In this document: piece by piece, positions 14,836-25,173 of the stretch
How positions within the stretch are numbered: the first letter of the stretch is position 1
Layout of the letters: each line of letters begins with the position of its first letter
Assembly: GCA_038207335.1 (NCBI GenBank)
Contig: JBBQZX010000001.1
Coordinates: forward strand, 192,001-256,000
Direction: 5' to 3'
Length of the DNA: 64,000 bases
From: Chthoniobacterales bacterium
GTDB taxonomy: Bacteria > Verrucomicrobiota > Verrucomicrobiia > Chthoniobacterales > Chthoniobacteraceae
Notes under the pieces: model-generated
What the model saw: only the letters and a program-made list of their open reading frames with translations
What the model was told of the DNA's origin: nothing
Database searches by the model: none
Translations under genes and position numbers: made by a program

Positions 14836-16071
14836 CTAGATTCGGACGAATTTTGCGGCGAAGGCGCCGTCGATGGCGTCGATTTGGGGGAGGGTGCGGC
14901 GCTTTTCGATCAGGCGCAGCGTCGGGGTTTCGCGGAGGGCTTGGGCGACGACTTCGTCGTTTTCTTCGGGTTCAAGGCTGCAGGTGCTGTAAACGAGCGT
15001 GCCGCCGGGCTTTAACAAATCGGACGTGCGGCGGAGGAGGGCGAGCTGCTGCGCGGGCATTCGGATGAAGTCCTCGTCGGTGAGCCGCCAGCGGACATCG
15101 ACGCGGCGTCGGATGACTCCCGTGTTGCTGCACGGCGCATCGACGAGGATGCGGTCGAAGCTCGCGGGGGCGAGCTTTTCGCTCTCCTCCATGCAGTCGT
15201 GCTGGAGCGCTTCGGCAATCTCGACTCCGAGCCGCGCGAGGTTTTCGCGGAGGCGCGCGACGCGGGATTCGTAGAGGTCGCACGCGACGATGCGGCCTTC
15301 GTTTTGCATGAGCTCGGCGAGGTACGTCGTCTTGCCGCCAGGCGCGGCGCAGGCGTCAAGGACAGTGTCGCCGGGCTGCGGGGTGAGGAGGTCGCAGGCC
15401 ATGAGCGTGCTCGGGTCCTGCACGTAGCAGAGGCCGTGCATGATCCATGTGAACGGCAGCTCGTGGACTTTGATCGCCTGCGGATGAGCGGGCGATTGCT
15501 CCGCCTCGGGCGCAGCGCGGAGGAGTTCACCGACGGTGACTTTCAGGCCATTGGCGCGGACGTGGACATCGGCCGGTTGGTTGTTCCAGGCGCACAGGGC
15601 ACGCGTTTGCCCGGGGCCGAATGTCCTTTGCCAGCGCTCGATCAGGAATGCGGGATGCGAATCGCGATCGCTGGCGGGGGCGTTTGCGAGCTGGTTTTCG
15701 AGCTGCGTTTTTTCGCGGAGGGCGCGACGCAGCATGGCGTTCACGAGGCCGCGCGCGCGTCCGCCAAGTTCAACGGTTTCATTCACCGCGGCGTGCGGCG
15801 GGGTGCGCATGTGGAAAATCTGGTAGAGGCCGAGGCGCAGAACGGCTCGCGTCGGGGCGTCGATTTTTCCTTCGCGAAGGCGCCCGATGAGAAAATCGAG
15901 CCGGCCTAGATTTCGCAGCACGCCGAAAAACGTCTCCATGAGAAAAGCGCGATCGAGCGGTGAGAGGTGCGCGCGATTGAGCGTCTCGTGGAGAATTTCA
16001 TCGGAGAAAACGCGGCCTTTTTCCCACTCTAGGAGCGCGCGGATGCAGGATTGGCGGGCGTTGGCGGGCAT
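14836..16071 (-). CDS. rsmB: 16S rRNA m5C967 methyltransferase RsmB/Sun
   Basis: NusB-like N-terminus (HAAVNETVE), YVQD, DACAAPGGKT, DAPCS, YSTCS. Confidence 0.92.
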   Translation of the reverse strand: MPANARQSCIRALLEWEKGRVFSDEILHETLNRAHLSPLDRAFLMETFFGVLRNLGRLDFLIGRLREGKIDAPTRAVLRLGLYQIFHMRTPPHAAVNETVELGGRARGLVNAMLRRALREKTQLENQLANAPASDRDSHPAFLIERWQRTFGPGQTRALCAWNNQPADVHVRANGLKVTVGELLRAAPEAEQSPAHPQAIKVHELPFTWIMHGLCYVQDPSTLMACDLLTPQPGDTVLDACAAPGGKTTYLAELMQNEGRIVACDLYESRVARLRENLARLGVEIAEALQHDCMEESEKLAPASFDRILVDAPCSNTGVIRRRVDVRWRLTDEDFIRMPAQQLALLRRTSDLLKPGGTLVYSTCSLEPEENDEVVAQALRETPTLRLIEKRRTLPQIDAIDGAFAAKFVRI

Positions 16072-16118
16072 CTGTGGCGGCGAGGTTTTGCGGCGGCGCG
16101 TGGCGCGTGCAGCGGGCT

Positions 16119-16153
16119 CAACGTCCGACGTTCAACGTGCGGCGTCCAACTTC
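16119..16153. repeat. degenerate heptamer array (consensus CRACGTY x5) between ugd and rsmB
   Basis: CAACGTC CGACGTT CAACGTG CGGCGTC CAACTTC. Confidence 0.65.
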
Positions 16154-16208
16154 AAAGGACGAGTTCGTTGAGAAGAAGACACGCAGGCGAGGACGCCCGC
16201 TTTCTGGT

Positions 16209-17525
16209 TTATTTCGGGCCGGGGCGCCCGATGGCGTGGTAGGTAAAGCCGAACTCGCGCATCGTCTCGGGGCTGAAAAGATTGCGTCCGTCGAACATCA
16301 GTGGCGTGTGCATCGCTGCCTTCACGGCCTCGAAATCCTGGTTCGCGAATTCTCTCCACTCGGTCGCAATGATGAGCGCCTCGGCGTCGGCGCAGGCTTC
16401 GAGCGGGGTCGCCGCGAGCTTCACTTTATCCGTGTCGATGAGCTTCCACTCGACGGCTTTTTCCGCGCCTTTCGGATCGTAGGCGGTGACGTGCGCACCT
16501 TCTTTAGCAAGCGTGTTGATGAGTTCGATCGCGACCGAACTGCGGACATCGTCGGTGTCGGGTTTGAAGGTCATGCCCCAGACGGCGATCTTCTTGTCTT
16601 TCAAGACCCAGAGCGCCTCGCGGAGCTTGTCGATGAAGCGCTTGAGTTGGTCCACATTGATGCGCTCGACCTCCTCGAGCAGCGTGAATGGCGTGCCGAG
16701 CTGTCGCGCGATAGCGATGAATGCCTTCACGTCTTTTGGGAAACAGGAGCCGCCGTAGCCGAGCCCGGCGTTCAGGAAATTGCGCCCGATGCGTTTGTCC
16801 ATGCCGATGCCGTCGGCAACCATTTCGACATCCGCGCCGCTCGCCTCGCAGATCGCGGAGACGGCGTTGATGTAGCTGATTTTGAGCGAAAGGAAGGAAT
16901 TTGCGGCGTGCTTGATGAGTTCGGCGGAATTCACATCGGTGACGAGAATGGGCGCTTTGAACGGCTCATAGACGCGCTTCATCAGGTCGGTCGCGCGGTC
17001 GCTCGCGGAGCCGATGACGATGCGGTCGGGGTTCATCAAATCAGGCACTGCACAGCCTTCTCGGAGGAACTCGGGATTGCTGACGACGTCGATCTCCGCG
17101 TCGCGATTGTAGCGCTTGATCGTGGCCTCGACCTTCTCGCCGGTCTTCACGGGGACGGTGCTTTTATCGACGACGACGCGGTATTCGCCCTTTTTCAGAA
17201 CGCCGGCGATTTCACGCGCGACGCGCTCGATGTACGTGAGATCGACGCTGCCATCGACCTGCGGCGGAGTCGGCACGGCGATGAAAACGACCTGCGAATG
17301 ATCGACGCCGTCCTCGATGGAGTTGGTGAAGCGGAGGCGCTTTGCAGCGACGTTGCGGTGGACGAGGTCTTCGAGGCCGGGCTCGTAGATCGGGATTTTT
17401 CCCGCCTGCAGCATATCTACTTTGCGCTGGTCGTTATCGACGCAGACGACGTGGTGGCCGACTTCGGCAAAGCAAGCGCCTGAGACGAGGCCGACGTAAC
17501 CGGAACCGATGATGCAGAGATCCAT
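16209..17525 (-). CDS. ugd: UDP-glucose/GDP-mannose dehydrogenase
   Basis: GSGYVG Rossmann motif, PIYEPGL, NPEFLREG, GYGGSCFPKD catalytic Cys, FKPDTDDVR. Confidence 0.93.
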   Translation of the reverse strand: MDLCIIGSGYVGLVSGACFAEVGHHVVCVDNDQRKVDMLQAGKIPIYEPGLEDLVHRNVAAKRLRFTNSIEDGVDHSQVVFIAVPTPPQVDGSVDLTYIERVAREIAGVLKKGEYRVVVDKSTVPVKTGEKVEATIKRYNRDAEIDVVSNPEFLREGCAVPDLMNPDRIVIGSASDRATDLMKRVYEPFKAPILVTDVNSAELIKHAANSFLSLKISYINAVSAICEASGADVEMVADGIGMDKRIGRNFLNAGLGYGGSCFPKDVKAFIAIARQLGTPFTLLEEVERINVDQLKRFIDKLREALWVLKDKKIAVWGMTFKPDTDDVRSSVAIELINTLAKEGAHVTAYDPKGAEKAVEWKLIDTDKVKLAATPLEACADAEALIIATEWREFANQDFEAVKAAMHTPLMFDGRNLFSPETMREFGFTYHAIGRPGPK

Positions 17526-17645
17526 GTGAGTGATTAATTGAATGCGGGTTTTTCGATGCGGGAGTCCGCCGGGGAGGGCGGAAATGAAGGGCGGGGATTA
17601 AGGGGAAGCGCCGGAATCAGCGCAAGAATTTTGGGATCGCGCGAA

Positions 17646-19274
17646 TCACTCCACGAATTTCTGCGCGACCGGCATCTTTCTCCCGAGACCGAATGCGCGG
17701 CTCGTGACTTTGAGTCCCGGGACGGCTTGGGCGCGTTTGTATTCGTTGAGATCGACGCGGCGTTGCACCCAGCGAACGGTTTTTTCGTCGAAGCCGTGCG
17801 CCATGATTTCGGAAACGGAGAGCTGCTCCTGGACGTAGAGATGCAGGATCGGGTCGAGAATTTCGTACGGCGGGAGCGTGTCCTGGTCGCGCTGATCCGG
17901 CTTCAGCTCGGCGCTCGGCGGCTTTTCGATCGTGCTGCGCGGGATGATTTCGCGGTCGCGGTTGATCCATCTGGCGAGGCGATAGACGAGCGTCTTCGGC
18001 ACATCGCTGATGACCGCGAGGCCGCCGCACATGTCGCCGTAGAGGGTGCAATATCCGACCGCGAGTTCGCTTTTGTTGCCGGTGCTCAGGACGAGGTGGC
18101 CGAATTTATTCGAGAGCGCCATGAGCGTCATTCCACGGAGGCGCGGCTGCATGTTTTCCTCGGTCACGTCCTCGGCGACATCGGCGAAAATTTCACGGAA
18201 CTGCTCGCGGAAGACGACGAAGGAATTTTGGATCGGGATGTTGAGGAAGTGGATGCCGAGATTCGCGGCGAGCGCGGCGGAGTCGTCGATGCTGCCTTGC
18301 GAGGAAAATTGCGTGGGCATCGTGACCCCGAGTACGTTCTGCGGGCCGAGTGCGTGGGCGGCGAGCGCGGCGGTGACGGCGCTGTCGATGCCGCCGCTGA
18401 GGCCGAGGACGGAGGACTTGAAGCCGCATTTGTGGAGGTAGTCGCGGATGCCGAGCGTGAGCGCGTGGAAGAGTTCCTCGGGCTCGGATTGGAACTCCCA
18501 ATCGAGAGCGGCGTGGCGCTCGGTGTCGATGATAGCAAGATCTTCCTCGAATGCCGCGAGCTTGTTTCGCAGAGCGCCATCCGCGCCGATGGCGAGGGAG
18601 TTTCCGTCGAAAATGAGCTGATCGTTCCCGCCGACGGCGTTGCAATAGACGATCGGCACGCCATGGAGGGAAGCGACTGCGCCGAGCATTTCCGCGCGGC
18701 GCTGCGCCTTGCCGAGGGTGAAGGGGGAGGCGCTGAGATTCACGATCAATTCCGCGCCTTGCGCGACGAGCAGATCGACCGGAGAGGAGCCGTAGAGCTT
18801 GCGTGGGAGGTATTTTCCGGTCCAGATGTCCTCGCAAATCGTGACGCCGATATTTCTCCCGGCGACCTCGATGGGAGCGGTCGATGTGGCGGGCTCGAAG
18901 TAGCGATCTTCATCGAAAACGTCGTAGGTCGGGAGCTGCGTTTTATGGACGATACGGATCGGCTGGCCGTGCTGGAGGAGGGCGGCGGCATTGTGAAAAG
19001 GCTGGCCCGGGCCGGCATTCACGTCGATGAAACCGACGAGAAGGGGCACGTCGCCGACCTCGCTGTGCAGAGTCTCGAGCGTGGCGCCATTGAGCGGGAC
19101 GAAGCGCGATTTGAAGACGAGATCCTGAGGCGGATAGCCGGTGATCGCGAGTTCCGGGGAGACGACGAGTTCGGCACCGCGCGCTACGAGGTCGCGATAC
19201 GCCGCGAGGATTTTGCTGTGGTTGCCAGCGAGATCGCCGACTGTCGTGTTGATCTGCGCGAGGCCGATTCTCAT
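17646..19274 (-). CDS. nadE: glutamine-dependent NAD+ synthetase
   Basis: Nitrilase domain (SPEL, K..LPTYDVFDE, ICED) plus GLSGGIDS, STGNKSE, PPSAEL. Confidence 0.95.
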   Translation of the reverse strand: MRIGLAQINTTVGDLAGNHSKILAAYRDLVARGAELVVSPELAITGYPPQDLVFKSRFVPLNGATLETLHSEVGDVPLLVGFIDVNAGPGQPFHNAAALLQHGQPIRIVHKTQLPTYDVFDEDRYFEPATSTAPIEVAGRNIGVTICEDIWTGKYLPRKLYGSSPVDLLVAQGAELIVNLSASPFTLGKAQRRAEMLGAVASLHGVPIVYCNAVGGNDQLIFDGNSLAIGADGALRNKLAAFEEDLAIIDTERHAALDWEFQSEPEELFHALTLGIRDYLHKCGFKSSVLGLSGGIDSAVTAALAAHALGPQNVLGVTMPTQFSSQGSIDDSAALAANLGIHFLNIPIQNSFVVFREQFREIFADVAEDVTEENMQPRLRGMTLMALSNKFGHLVLSTGNKSELAVGYCTLYGDMCGGLAVISDVPKTLVYRLARWINRDREIIPRSTIEKPPSAELKPDQRDQDTLPPYEILDPILHLYVQEQLSVSEIMAHGFDEKTVRWVQRRVDLNEYKRAQAVPGLKVTSRAFGLGRKMPVAQKFVE

Positions 19275-19328
19275 GCCGACGCGCACGCTACGGGCGCGCG
19301 CTGCCGCTGTCGATGCGGCGCGTGGCGG

Positions 19329-19496
19329 TCACTGCGACTGCATCGTCTTTCCGTGGAGGCTTTGCTTGTAGCCGGCGTCGGAGCTTTCCCATAGCGCCTC
19401 CTCGATGAAGTGGCGGAACATCCAGAAAAGGCACGCGGCGCAAAAGCCGGCAAAGATCATCATCAGGAATTTTTGCGTAAAAGTGCTTTGGAGCAT
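19329..19496 (-). CDS. small single-TM hypothetical protein (about 55 aa)
   Basis: ATG at 19496; hydrophobic FLMMIFAGFCAACLFWMF; fills the gap between co-oriented genes. Confidence 0.45.
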   Translation of the reverse strand: MLQSTFTQKFLMMIFAGFCAACLFWMFRHFIEEALWESSDAGYKQSLHGKTMQSQ

Positions 19497-19525
19497 TCCA
19501 GTGGGAAAGCAGATCGCTTGCCCAA

Positions 19526-20212
19526 TCACCAAAATCCCCATTGGACTGTTCGCAAGATGTAAATCCCGAGGAGAAGATTGGTGATCGCGTGAGCGAGCAC
19601 GCAGGCGCTCAGGTTTCGCGTGCGGACTGCGATGAGGTTGTAGAGCGCGCCGGTGATGAGCGCGGGGACGAAATCAGGGCCGGCGTGCGCAAGCGCGAAG
19701 AATAGCGAGACGCCAGCGAACGAATACCAACTGAATGAACCGAATGGGACATCGGCAAAATCGTCCCGGATGAGGTATCGGAGCAAAAACCCGCGCCAAA
19801 AAATCTCTTCGAGAAGTGGGACGACGACGACGAGACGCAGGAATCGCAGTCCGAGATTCGCAGCGTAAGGCCAGCCGTTCGGACCGAAGAAATCGGGCTC
19901 GAAGCCGATCAATCTGGGAGCGAAACCGAGCCATCGCTGAGGCGCGATCCAGATCAAAAAAACCGCGATCGCGATGCCGATCGTGAGGCCGATTTGGGAC
20001 GGCGGGCGTAGCCGGTAGTGCTGCCAATAAAAAGCGAGCAGTGCGCCGCAAGACAATGTCTGGAGTGGGAAGACCCAATATCTCGGAGTGGCGGCGACCC
20101 ACCACGCGGAACCGTCGAAGATCTTTCCCACGAGTTCGCCGACGGCCAGCAAGAGCATGAAAACGACAAACGGAGCGAGGTAAGCTTTCTGCTGATGCGA
20201 GAGGGCGGACAT
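19526..20212 (-). CDS. CAAX prenyl protease-related (CPBP) intramembrane metalloprotease
   Basis: EEIFWRG, FALAH and HAITN motifs; multiple TM segments; ATG at 20212. Confidence 0.88.
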   Translation of the reverse strand: MSALSHQQKAYLAPFVVFMLLLAVGELVGKIFDGSAWWVAATPRYWVFPLQTLSCGALLAFYWQHYRLRPPSQIGLTIGIAIAVFLIWIAPQRWLGFAPRLIGFEPDFFGPNGWPYAANLGLRFLRLVVVVPLLEEIFWRGFLLRYLIRDDFADVPFGSFSWYSFAGVSLFFALAHAGPDFVPALITGALYNLIAVRTRNLSACVLAHAITNLLLGIYILRTVQWGFW

Positions 20213-20229
20213 TTCAAAAAAACCGAATC

Positions 20230-20490
20230 GTGAACGACCCAAGACCGCCAGAACCAACTTCGGAGCAGCTCCTCTCATTCATGGATGCCCAGATCGCGCA
20301 GCAGCGCTGCAAGCGCAGCCGCGGCTCCGGAAGCGCCACCGTGATTCGCGTGACGATCGCACTTCTCATTTTTGCAGCAATCGCGGTGGCACTCTTGTTT
20401 TTGATTCCGATTTTTGGAAAATCGCCCAGTGCTGGCGGTGAGTGGCCAGCGCATGAGGCGTCGGAACCCGGATTTTCCACAAAGTTTTGA
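20230..20490 (+). CDS. small single-TM hypothetical protein
   Basis: 86 aa, ATG start, one long hydrophobic helix, upstream of the pilM-like gene. Confidence 0.5.
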   Translation: MNDPRPPEPTSEQLLSFMDAQIAQQRCKRSRGSGSATVIRVTIALLIFAAIAVALLFLIPIFGKSPSAGGEWPAHEASEPGFSTKF

Positions 20491-20533
20491 GAACCGATGA
20501 ACCGCGGCACATCAGCTGCTTAGGTCATTTTCA

Positions 20534-21571
20534 ATGGCTAAAGCCCACAACTCCGTAATCGGTCTCGACCTCGGTCGGCATTCGCTGAAGGCGGTGCAAC
20601 TCCAGCGCCGCGGCGGCGACCGCTTTCTCGTAACCCACTACGCTTCCCGGGTGCTCCCGGACGCGGGCGACGGCGCAGACCGTCTTGGGCACGAATTGAA
20701 AACTCTGCTCAAAAACTTGGGAGGCACCGCCAAAGTCTGTGCAGTGGCCATTTCGAGCCCCGATGCACTGATCCGAATCATCGAGCAGCCAGCCACGCCG
20801 CCGCACATTTTGCGCGACGCACTCCGGCTCAACGGCATGACGCTGCTGAACCAGGAGTGCCGAAATTTCGTCCTCGACTGCGATCAAATCGACGGACAGG
20901 CGGGGTCGCGCGATCCGGGTGAAGTGCCTCGTTATAAATATCTCGTCGGCGGCATCCCGCGCACCGAGGTGACGCAAGTCTCCGAGGCAGTCACGAAGAC
21001 GAGCCTCGGGGTGGGGTCGCTGCAAATCGCTCCGATCTGCGCGTTCAACGCATTCGAGTTTGCGCATTCGGAGCGGTTCAATAACGGTTCGTTTTTTCTA
21101 GTGGATATCGGCCACCACACTTCGACGGTGATGGTCGGATCGAAGCGCGAACTCGTGCTAGTGCGCTCAATTGATTTCGGTGGCCATCTGCTCATCGAGA
21201 CGCTCATGGCGCTCAGCGGAGAAAGTCGCGAGGCCGTGCTCGAGGCGCTGGAGCAGGAGGATGAGATTATGATCGAGAATACGCGAATGGCGCTGATGAT
21301 TCTTTCGCGAGAGATCGGGAGCTCGATCGGCTTCTTCGAGGGACGGAGCGAGGAGACGATTGATCGGGTTTATGTCTCCGGCGGGTCGGCTAAGTCGAAG
21401 ACGTTGCTGAAAGTGCTGAGCGAAGAGGTGCATCTGCCGTGCGACTCGTGGAATGCGCTCGCGCAATGTGAGATCGCACTGAAGCCCAACCAAGCGGCAC
21501 AATTTTCCGCGGACGCTCTCGACTTGCATGTCGCGTGCGGTGCTGCGGCTGAACTTCTTACTGCCCGCTGA
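20534..21571 (+). CDS. pilM: PilM-like pilus/T2SS assembly protein (actin-like fold)
   Basis: IGLDLG..SLKAV, LVDIG, VYVSGGSA. Confidence 0.8.
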   Translation: MAKAHNSVIGLDLGRHSLKAVQLQRRGGDRFLVTHYASRVLPDAGDGADRLGHELKTLLKNLGGTAKVCAVAISSPDALIRIIEQPATPPHILRDALRLNGMTLLNQECRNFVLDCDQIDGQAGSRDPGEVPRYKYLVGGIPRTEVTQVSEAVTKTSLGVGSLQIAPICAFNAFEFAHSERFNNGSFFLVDIGHHTSTVMVGSKRELVLVRSIDFGGHLLIETLMALSGESREAVLEALEQEDEIMIENTRMALMILSREIGSSIGFFEGRSEETIDRVYVSGGSAKSKTLLKVLSEEVHLPCDSWNALAQCEIALKPNQAAQFSADALDLHVACGAAAELLTAR

Positions 21572-21573
21572 CC

Positions 21574-22221
21574 ATGGCCCTGCGACTTAATCTCCATCAC
21601 GAAATCGAACAGAAGCAGCGGGTCAAAAGCCGCGACCCGATGAAGGTCGTGATTCTCGCGCTCATCTGTGCCGGCGGACTGCTGGCCGGGTATTATGCAT
21701 TACGGCTCGGCTCGACGAGTGCGACGACGCACGAGCTGGAGGCCAAAACCGCGGAATTCAGCGCACTCAGCCCGAAAGCCGATGCGGCGAAGGAACGTGA
21801 AAACGAACTGATCGCGACGATCAAGGCGAGCGATGCGATCGTGCGGCGTATCGAGGATCGTTTTTACTGGGCTCCGATGCTCGAGCAGGTGGCGCGGCTC
21901 GTTCCACCACAGATTCAAATCACGCGGTTGAGCGGCGAGGTGGAGGGAAACGCGGTGAAAAAGTGCGTATTGAAAATGGATGGGATCGCCGCAGGGAAGG
22001 AAGCGCGCAAGGTTGCGGAGGAAATGCGCATGGCGATGCAGGAGGAATTTTCCAAACGATATAAGGACGTCACATCGAGTTTCACGACTCTCGAAGACAA
22101 AAACGAAACCGTGAAACTCAACGGCAGCGATGCGCCCACCGCGGCGTTTGCCATCAGCGTGAAACTTGCCACCGGGGTCGAGGTCGTCGCCACGCCAGCA
22201 CCCACCAGGAGAAAACGATGA
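21574..22221 (+). CDS. PilN-like protein
   Basis: LNL start motif, single TM, coiled coil, W..MLEQVARLVP; follows pilM. Confidence 0.7.
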   Translation: MALRLNLHHEIEQKQRVKSRDPMKVVILALICAGGLLAGYYALRLGSTSATTHELEAKTAEFSALSPKADAAKERENELIATIKASDAIVRRIEDRFYWAPMLEQVARLVPPQIQITRLSGEVEGNAVKKCVLKMDGIAAGKEARKVAEEMRMAMQEEFSKRYKDVTSSFTTLEDKNETVKLNGSDAPTAAFAISVKLATGVEVVATPAPTRRKR

Positions 22222-22781
22222 AACTCGAGAAAGAAGAAAAACAGAAAATCGCCATCGGCGTCATCCTGCTCGTCGCGTTGCTTTACGGATACTTTGCGAT
22301 GTTGCTCGGTCCGCTTTCGCTCCAGCAGGAATCGACGAAGGCGAAAATCGTTGAACTCGAGCCGAAGCTCGCCAGTGCGAAAGCCACGATCAAATCCGCC
22401 GAGACCGCGGAGAGAAATTCGCCCAAGGCGGCTACTGCACTCGCGCAGATTTCCTCGCTCATCCCGGAAGGCGCGCCGATCGCGTGGTTTCCACCGCAGG
22501 TTTCGGAAATTTTCAAGGACGCCGGACCGGAGAAGGCAGTGACTCGCAATTTGGCGGAAGCCGCGGATAAGGACGTGCCGACCGTGCGCATCGCTTCGTG
22601 GAGCATCGACATCCCAAAGGTCGAGTTCGTCTCCTTCGCGGCGGCGCTTGCCGAGTTTGAAAATGAGGAGCCGCTCGTCCAAGTGACGAGCGTCGTCCTC
22701 GAGCCTGCCCGCGACGACGTGCAGTCGCAGCATGTGGCCTTAAACGTCAACAGCATCATCAAGACATCCGCCACGCCATGA
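22218..22781 (+). CDS. PilO/GspM-like protein
   Basis: Single TM, coiled coil, ferredoxin-like pattern (LAEFENEEPLVQV); ATGA overlap. Confidence 0.65.
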   Translation: MKLEKEEKQKIAIGVILLVALLYGYFAMLLGPLSLQQESTKAKIVELEPKLASAKATIKSAETAERNSPKAATALAQISSLIPEGAPIAWFPPQVSEIFKDAGPEKAVTRNLAEAADKDVPTVRIASWSIDIPKVEFVSFAAALAEFENEEPLVQVTSVVLEPARDDVQSQHVALNVNSIIKTSATP

Positions 22782-23269
22782 TTCTCCCGCGCATCGCCTT
22801 TCTCTCACTCACGCTCGTCACCGCGGCGTCCGCCTTGGCACAAGACACGCCGCCCGGGGAAAAATACGAACTCAAAACGCGCTCGAATTTCAACCTGCCC
22901 GGCACGGTGCGGCCGCCTTTTTGGCCGATCGGATGGACGCGTCGCGATGGCAGCGCGCCGGTGCCCGGCGTGGTGGTGAAGGCGTTCGACGAAACGAGCT
23001 TCACCGTCACGAGCATCCTGCTCGGGAATCCATCGCTCGCTGTGATCAACGGCCGCGCCTACACGGAAGGCGACGTGGTGCGCACGCCGAAGCCGAAAGA
23101 CGGGAAGGAAGTGAAGGACGCCCCGGTGGCACGGATCCGTGTGCAGCGGATCCTCGACGGCATGGTCCAGCTCCAAGCATCGGATCAGACGACGATCAGC
23201 GTTCCACTGCGGCGCGCGGAGTTGTCTGAGAAAAAGCCGGGCGAGGAGCTGCTCAACGACGCGCGGTAG
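22778..23269 (+). CDS. PilP/GspC-like exported protein
   Basis: Signal peptide, RPPFWP motif, SILLG...AVINGRAYTEGD; ATGA overlap. Confidence 0.55.
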   Translation: MILPRIAFLSLTLVTAASALAQDTPPGEKYELKTRSNFNLPGTVRPPFWPIGWTRRDGSAPVPGVVVKAFDETSFTVTSILLGNPSLAVINGRAYTEGDVVRTPKPKDGKEVKDAPVARIRVQRILDGMVQLQASDQTTISVPLRRAELSEKKPGEELLNDAR

Positions 23270-23272
23270 CGC

Positions 23273-23995
23273 TCAGGATGAAGCGGTTTCGTTGAGCGCG
23301 GCGAGCACCTCGGGGTCGCGGACATCGGCCCACTCGCCGACAAGTTCATAAGCCCGCACGCGGGCTCCAGATAATGCGAGCGCGCGGATCGCATCGGTGA
23401 GTTCGTATTCGCCGCGGGGGGATTTTTCCAAGCGCGCGATGAATTCAAATATGCTCGGGCGAAACGTGTAGATGCCCGCGTTATACCATGGAGAAGTGGG
23501 CTCGCCGGGCTGCGGCTTTTCGCGGAGATCGGTCATCTCCGAGCGTTCGTTCACGAACACCGCGCCGCCTTTGGAAACGTCCTCGTTTTTCTTGATGCTG
23601 ATCATCGCCTCCGCGTCGCCCGGTGCCGCGAGAACCTTGTAATTATCAGGGTTCACGAGGATGTCGCCGTAGCTGAGGATGAACGGATCGGTGCCAGCGA
23701 AATCTTTTGCCAGCTCGACCACGCGTCCGGTCCCGTCCTGCACGACCTGCGTGACGTACTCGATGGAAACATCGAACCGCGAGCCGTAGCTGAAAAACTC
23801 CTGCACGACATCGGCACGGTATCCGACAACGATTAGAATCTGCGCCACGCCGGTCCCGCGCAGCCCCTCCACGATGTGCTGGAGAATCGGTTTTCCGCGC
23901 ACCCCGATCATCGGCTTCGGAAGCTCGTCGGTGAGTTCGCGCATGCGCGTCCCTCGCCCGGCTGCGAGCAGAACCGCTTTTTTTACGGTGCTCAT
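23273..23995 (-). CDS. sugar-phosphate nucleotidyltransferase
   Basis: LLAAGRGTRM...PKP, YGD, EKP, RGEYELTD. Confidence 0.9.
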   Translation of the reverse strand: MSTVKKAVLLAAGRGTRMRELTDELPKPMIGVRGKPILQHIVEGLRGTGVAQILIVVGYRADVVQEFFSYGSRFDVSIEYVTQVVQDGTGRVVELAKDFAGTDPFILSYGDILVNPDNYKVLAAPGDAEAMISIKKNEDVSKGGAVFVNERSEMTDLREKPQPGEPTSPWYNAGIYTFRPSIFEFIARLEKSPRGEYELTDAIRALALSGARVRAYELVGEWADVRDPEVLAALNETASS

Positions 23996-25164
23996 TTCCG
24001 CACCTCCGCGACGAATTCTCCAATGCGAGACATGGCGGTCTTGATCTGGTCGATGCCGGTGGCGTAGCAGCAGCGGACGAAGCCTTCACCGCTGGGGCCA
24101 AAGGCGGTGCCGGGGACGCAGGCGACTTGCTTTTTCTCGAGGAGGCCGAGGGAGAAGTCGCGGCTGGTGAGGCCGGTGGAGGCGATCTTCGGGAAGATGT
24201 AAAAGGCGCCGAGGGGCTTGAAGCAGTCGAGGCCGAGGTCGTTGAAGGCGCTGACGATGAAGTTGCGCCGGTGTTCGTACTCGGCGCGCATTTCTTCGAC
24301 GGCGCGCGAGCCGTGTTCGAGGGCTTCGATGGCGGCGTCCTGGGACATGGTGCTGGCGCAAAGGATGCCGTATTGGTGGATTTTCATCATGGCGTCGGTG
24401 AGCGCGGCGGGGGCGCAGGCGTAGCCGATGCGCCAGCCGGTCATGGCGAAGGCTTTTGAGAATCCGTGGAGGAAGACGCAGCGCTCACGCATGCCGGGGA
24501 GGGATGCGATGGAAACGTGCTCCGCGCCGTCGTAGAGGAGTTCGCTGTAGATTTCGTCGGTGAGGACGACGAGGTCGTGGTCGATGCAGAGGCGCGCGAT
24601 TTTCTCGAGCTCGGAGCGGGTCTGGGTGGCGCCGGTGGGATTGCAGGGAAAGTTGAGCATCACGACTTTGGAGCGGGGCGTGATGCGGGCGGCGAGGGCT
24701 TCGGCGGTGAGGCGAAAGTCGTTGTCGGCGGTGGTGGGGATGGCGACGGGGATGCCGTGGGCCATGGTGACGCTGGGGGCATAGCTGACGTAGCAGGGCT
24801 CGTGGTAGAGGACTTCGTCGCCGGGATTGATGAGAGCGCGGAGGGCGAGGTCGAGGGCCTCGCTGACGCCGATGGTGATGATGACCTCGGTGCGCGGGTC
24901 GTATGCGATGCCGAAATGTTTCTGGACGTAGCGGCAGATGGAGCTGCGGAGCTCGGGCAGGCCGAGATTGGACGTGTAGTGGGTGCGGCCTTTTTCGAGG
25001 GAGTAGATGGCGGCCTCGCGGATGTGCCACGGCGTGTCGAAGTCGGGCTCCCCGACGCCGAGGGAGATGACTTCTTTCTGCTGCGCGACGATGTCGAAGA
25101 ACTCGCGGATGCCCGATTTCGGGATGTCGCGGATGTGGTCGGCGACGAGGTTTTTGGAAAACAT
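23992..25164 (-). CDS. PLP-dependent aminotransferase class I/II
   Basis: GEPDF, PCNPTG, DEIY, SKAFAMTGWRIGY. Confidence 0.93.
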   Translation of the reverse strand: MFSKNLVADHIRDIPKSGIREFFDIVAQQKEVISLGVGEPDFDTPWHIREAAIYSLEKGRTHYTSNLGLPELRSSICRYVQKHFGIAYDPRTEVIITIGVSEALDLALRALINPGDEVLYHEPCYVSYAPSVTMAHGIPVAIPTTADNDFRLTAEALAARITPRSKVVMLNFPCNPTGATQTRSELEKIARLCIDHDLVVLTDEIYSELLYDGAEHVSIASLPGMRERCVFLHGFSKAFAMTGWRIGYACAPAALTDAMMKIHQYGILCASTMSQDAAIEALEHGSRAVEEMRAEYEHRRNFIVSAFNDLGLDCFKPLGAFYIFPKIASTGLTSRDFSLGLLEKKQVACVPGTAFGPSGEGFVRCCYATGIDQIKTAMSRIGEFVAEVRK

Positions 25165-25173
25165 GACGATGGA

